A stretch of DNA of 64,000 nt, from positions 1-64,000 of the forward strand of contig CAVTZU010000036.1 in NCBI GenBank assembly GCA_963739305.1, given 5' to 3'. This document shows, piece by piece, positions 60,003 to 64,000 of this stretch. Source of the stretch: Candidatus Bathyarchaeota archaeon. GTDB lineage: Archaea > Thermoproteota > Bathyarchaeia > Bathyarchaeales > Bathycorpusculaceae. Every line of letters begins with the position of its first letter. Positions within the stretch are counted from its first letter, which is position 1. The position numbers and the translations under genes were made by a program. The notes under the pieces were generated by a model. It was not told where the DNA came from and ran no database searches. It was given only the letters and a program-made list of their open reading frames with translations.

Positions 60003-60141
60003 TCAACATGCAAAACCGCACAAAAACCACGCAAACCCCAACAAACAGCCCCCCACAAACACCCGCCAACAGTTCTACGCAAGAAAAAAAGGCCGGGGGG
60101 TAGGGTGTTTTAGAGCTGAAAACACTCAAAAACCATGCTGA
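60003..60141. repeat. Dispersed ~135-bp element, copy 2
   Basis: Same orientation as the 21770-21905 copy; 49-bp identical core at 60083-60131. Confidence 0.85.
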
Positions 60142-60349
60142 CCAGTCCTTCATACGCACCTACGTTTCAGTCCAATTCACCTTTCTCAAGAACACGCCTG
60201 TTTCGCCGCAAGCAACAAGCAACGTTTATATCAAGAACTTCCCCACAAACCAACTCCAGAAACCACACAGCTCAACCCGTCACAATTAAACATCCGTAGT
60301 CACAACATATCCTCTTCAAACGTGAAAACTCATCAGGACGTGACCGCAG

Positions 60350-61291
60350 GTGCCCCTGAGAACCATCAAAAAAGAAACCGCCCAAGCATTATCGCTAGAG
60401 TGGGCCCTGCACGTAAAGAACTACCAACTCACCCTCGACAAGGACACGTGCGTCGGCTGCCAAATCTGCACGTTAGCCTGCCCGAAAGAAGCAGTCAAAA
60501 CCACAAAACCCACAAAGACTCAACAACAAAAAACACAGAAAGCCACAGTCGACATCGACCTCGCCAAATGCAACTTCTGCGGAATATGCGACGCAGCCTG
60601 CCCCTACGGCGCCATCAAACTAACAATCGACGGAAAACACGTACTCTCCGTCGTTGAAAAACAATGTTTCCCCTCACTAACACGAGACATCCAAGCCGAC
60701 CCAAACAAGTTCCCAACAAAACACAAAGAAGCCGAAGACGCCTGTCCACTCGGCCTCATCAAAGTCACATACACGACACCCGACGGCAAGCCAACCGAAA
60801 ACCCAACCAGCCTCGCCGAACCCGACCGAAGCTGGTACAAAACCAACGTCAACCTCGACAAAGACCACTGCCCATGCTGCACCGTCTGCAAAACCAAACT
60901 CCCCGACGGAGCAATCCACGTACACAAATTCATAGCAGGAAAACTAAAGATCAACCCGGCAAAATGCCCAGACGGATGCACACTCTGCCTTGACGCCTGC
61001 CCAATCACAGGAACACTCTACCTGTCACATCAAGACAACAAGGTGCATGTAAACGAAGCCTTCTGCGTCTACTGTGGAGCGTGCAAGCTAGCCTGCCCGG
61101 TTGACGAAGCGTTAGAACTGAAGAGAACAAGCATCAACCACACACCTGTACGCTCAGGAGCATGGAACAAAGCCCTCGAACGCCTAACCTCACCGACAGA
61201 CCTAACAAAAGAACTCAAGACCAAAGGCTCCCAAAAAGCGCGTGAGGCAGTCAGAAAACGAACGATGCCGGAGGACCAGAAACTTGCCTAA
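60350..61291 (+). CDS. Polyferredoxin (FwdF-like 4Fe-4S protein)
   Basis: Several CxxCxxCxxxCP motifs; the central pair looks degenerate (KFPTKHKEAEDACP; CTVCKTKLP). Confidence 0.85.
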   Translation: MPLRTIKKETAQALSLEWALHVKNYQLTLDKDTCVGCQICTLACPKEAVKTTKPTKTQQQKTQKATVDIDLAKCNFCGICDAACPYGAIKLTIDGKHVLSVVEKQCFPSLTRDIQADPNKFPTKHKEAEDACPLGLIKVTYTTPDGKPTENPTSLAEPDRSWYKTNVNLDKDHCPCCTVCKTKLPDGAIHVHKFIAGKLKINPAKCPDGCTLCLDACPITGTLYLSHQDNKVHVNEAFCVYCGACKLACPVDEALELKRTSINHTPVRSGAWNKALERLTSPTDLTKELKTKGSQKAREAVRKRTMPEDQKLA

Positions 61292-63341
61292 AAAGTCCTC
61301 CAAACAGAAGCCCCCAGCAGCCAAAAAACCGACAAAACCCCGGAAAAAAGCCCTTTCTACCAAACCTCAGAGCCCCCGCATCGGAGTGTTCGTCTGCCAA
61401 TGCGGCACCAAAATAGCCAGCGTCATCAACGTCCAGGAAGTAACAGACTACGCCAACACCCTGCCAAACGTCGTACACGCGGAAAACATGAATTACCCCT
61501 GCAGCCGCCAAGGCCAAGAAACCATAAAAACCACGATCAAAACCCAAAAACTCAACCGCGTCATCGTCGCAGGCTGCTCACCAAGACTCTACGAACCAAC
61601 CTTCCAAACATGCGTCTCCCAAGCCGAGCTGAACCCTTGGCTCTTCGAAATGGCCAACATCCGTGAATTCGCTTCTTACTGCCACAAAACAACACCAACA
61701 GAAGCAACCGAAAAAGCCAAAGACACCGTCAGGATAGCCGTCGCAAAAGCCCGCCTCCTCGAACCGTTAAAACCCATCGAACTCCCCATAACCAAAAAAG
61801 TCCTAGTCATCGGCGGAGGCATAGCCGGAATCAACGCTGCCCTAGACCTAGCAGACATGAACTTCAAAGTCTACATGGTAGAAAAAACCGAAACCATCGG
61901 CGGCTATATGGCTCTTTTGGACAAAACGTTCCCAACCCTCGACTGCAGCATATGCATCGAAGGACCGAAAATGGTCGACGTAGGAAGACATCCGAACATA
62001 GAGATAATCAGCTACGCCGACATCCAGAAAGTCACGGGCAACATCGGCAACTTCAACGTCAAAATACACAAAAACCCCCGCTACGTCATCGCCGCAAACT
62101 GCACCGGATGCGGAGAATGCCGAGACGCCTGCCCCATCGAATACCCAAACTACGCCGACATGTACCTCGGCGTGAGAAAAGCAATATCCATCCCGTTCGA
62201 CCAAGCCGTCCCACTCACCCACACGATCAACCGGGACTACTGCATCGAATGCTACAAGTGCGTCGACGCATGCGGAGCCCGACAAGCGATCGACTTCGAC
62301 CAAAAACCAGAAGAAATCACAATCAACGTCGGAGCCATAATACTCAGCACCGGCTACGACATGTACAACCCCAAAGACCTAGAATGGACCGGCTACGGAA
62401 AACACCAAAACGTCTTCACAGCACTAGAATTTGAAAGACTCATACTCGCAGCCGGCCCAACCGGCGGCAAAGTCGTCCGCGCCAGCGACGGCCAAAAACC
62501 TCACAGCGTAGCCTTCATACAATGCGTCGGCTCACGAGACATCAATCACTACGAATACTGCTCGAGCTTCTGCTGCATGTACACCATCAAACACGCCGTC
62601 ATGCTCAAAGAAAAATACCGCGAAGCTATCGAAGTCAACGTCCTATACAACGACATGAGAAGCAACTTCAAAGGCTATGAAGAATTCTTCAACCGCGCCC
62701 AAAAATCAGGAGTCAAATTCACACGCGTCAAACTCGAAAAGCGCCGCGTAATCGAAGACCCCAAAACCAACAACCTCACGGTCCACGCAGAAACAGAGGA
62801 CGGAAAAACCGTCACCGTACACGCCGAAATGGTGGTCCTCGCAAACGCAGCAATCCCAACACAGACCAACCCTGAAATCGCCAAAATCCTCGGTCTGCAA
62901 TTGGGCAAAGATGGGTTCTTCATCGAATGCCAACCCAAAATCCGCCCCACCGACACCTCCGTACCAGGAATCTTCATGGCGGGCGCATGCCAAGGACTGA
63001 AAGATATCCCCTACAGCGTAGCTCAAGGAAGCGCCGCTGCAGCACAAGTCGCATCCGTCCTGAGCAGAGACTCATGGCCCGTCGAGCCACTGGTAGCCCA
63101 GATAAACGAGGACCTCTGCAGCGCCTGCGGAGTATGCGAACCAGCCTGCAGCTACCACGCAATCAGCCTGCAAAGAAAAGGAGACAAATCGATTGTAAAG
63201 ATCGCCGACGGCCTGTGTCGCGGATGCGGCATATGCAGCTCAGCCTGCCCGATGGACGCTGTCAAAATGCCCAATTACTCCGACGGCCAGATCGTCGCCC
63301 AGATCCAAGCGGTTACAGAGAAAAAGGTGCCCCCCAAGTGA
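61284..63341 (+). CDS. hdrA: Heterodisulfide reductase subunit A-like flavoprotein
   Basis: [64 protein letters not shown]-terminal ferredoxin. Confidence 0.93.
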   Translation: MPKKSSKQKPPAAKKPTKPRKKALSTKPQSPRIGVFVCQCGTKIASVINVQEVTDYANTLPNVVHAENMNYPCSRQGQETIKTTIKTQKLNRVIVAGCSPRLYEPTFQTCVSQAELNPWLFEMANIREFASYCHKTTPTEATEKAKDTVRIAVAKARLLEPLKPIELPITKKVLVIGGGIAGINAALDLADMNFKVYMVEKTETIGGYMALLDKTFPTLDCSICIEGPKMVDVGRHPNIEIISYADIQKVTGNIGNFNVKIHKNPRYVIAANCTGCGECRDACPIEYPNYADMYLGVRKAISIPFDQAVPLTHTINRDYCIECYKCVDACGARQAIDFDQKPEEITINVGAIILSTGYDMYNPKDLEWTGYGKHQNVFTALEFERLILAAGPTGGKVVRASDGQKPHSVAFIQCVGSRDINHYEYCSSFCCMYTIKHAVMLKEKYREAIEVNVLYNDMRSNFKGYEEFFNRAQKSGVKFTRVKLEKRRVIEDPKTNNLTVHAETEDGKTVTVHAEMVVLANAAIPTQTNPEIAKILGLQLGKDGFFIECQPKIRPTDTSVPGIFMAGACQGLKDIPYSVAQGSAAAAQVASVLSRDSWPVEPLVAQINEDLCSACGVCEPACSYHAISLQRKGDKSIVKIADGLCRGCGICSSACPMDAVKMPNYSDGQIVAQIQAVTEKKVPPK

Positions 63342-64000
63342 CCGCGCAATTAGCTTCACAGCCTCAGAAAGCAGTCGCCGAGCCACGCATCGGCGTCTTC
63401 GTTTGCTACTGCGGCCTCAACATCGCCGGCACAGTGGACGTTGAAGACGTAGCCGAGTACGCACGCAAACTTCCCGGAGTCGTCTACGTCAAAACAAACC
63501 GCTACACATGCGCCGACCCTGGTCAAGAAGAAATCAGAAAAGGAATCAAAGAACACAAGTTAGATCGCGTCGTCGTCGCCGCGTGCTCACCCAGAATGCA
63601 CGAACCAACCTTCCGTAGAACGGTCTCAGAAGCCGGCCTAAACCCATTCGTCTACGAGATGGCCAACATCCGCGAGTTCTCATCCTGGTGCCACCAAGGC
63701 ACGCCAAAAGAAGCAACCGAGAAAGCCAAAGAACTCGTGAAAATGGCTGTAGCCAAGGTGAGACTCCTTGAGCCCCTTGACGTCATCGAGGTTCCAGTCA
63801 TCAACAGGGCCCTCGTCGTCGGAGCAGGCGTCGCCGGTGCAAGCGCAGCCGTTGACTTGGCCGAGATGGGTTATCAAGTCTACCTGGTCGAGCGCTCCGA
63901 AATAATCGGGGGACACATGGCTCAACTGGGCAAAACGTTTCCCGTCTTCGAGTGCTCAAACTGTCCCCAACAGATCCACTGCCCAAGGTTCTCGTGCGTA
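63338..64000 (+). CDS. hdrA: Second HdrA-like protein (5' part; truncated by window end; absent from the ORF track)
   Basis: Translated by hand from GTG 63338: ...[20 protein letters not shown]...[12 protein letters not shown]...ANIRE...GAGVAG...[20 protein letters not shown]. Confidence 0.9.
   Translation, partial: MTAQLASQPQKAVAEPRIGVFVCYCGLNIAGTVDVEDVAEYARKLPGVVYVKTNRYTCADPGQEEIRKGIKEHKLDRVVVAACSPRMHEPTFRRTVSEAGLNPFVYEMANIREFSSWCHQGTPKEATEKAKELVKMAVAKVRLLEPLDVIEVPVINRALVVGAGVAGASAAVDLAEMGYQVYLVERSEIIGGHMAQLGKTFPVFECSNCPQQIHCPRFSCV

Overview
A gene-dense archaeal chromosomal window. Gene content suggests Bathyarchaeia (TACK), which is an inference: it carries a Cren7-like chromatin protein, a Zn-ferredoxin, tandem HdrA, W-AOR, DUF1616/DUF6125 proteins and split GMP synthase. 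Layout: (1) 0.6-19.5 kb is housekeeping and RNA processing (uppP, cca, thpR, UPF0200/UPF0201, class II HMG-CoA reductase, prs, Trm11, rnz, Lhr, TldD/PmbA, Cren7-like, signal peptidase). (2) 19.5-25.7 kb holds small accessory genes plus a HypD-type glycyl-radical enzyme and its activase. (3) 25.8-37.3 kb is a redox/oxidative-stress and Fe-S island with two Cys-rich regulators around palindromic operators. (4) 37.3-48.2 kb has birA, parvulin, guaAB, a TfrAB-like fumarate reductase, AOR and creatininase. (5) 48.5-59 kb is a surface-glycoprotein/glycosylation locus. (6) 60.3-64 kb is a polyferredoxin plus two hdrA paralogs. I saw no rRNA, tRNA, CRISPR array or transposase. The most unusual non-coding signals are a ~135-bp element present twice, an intergenic TAGCGCGCGC motif family, and kb-scale strand-composition domains independent of gene direction. 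Three genes carry frameshifts that may be assembly errors. All product calls come from motif recognition, not database searches.
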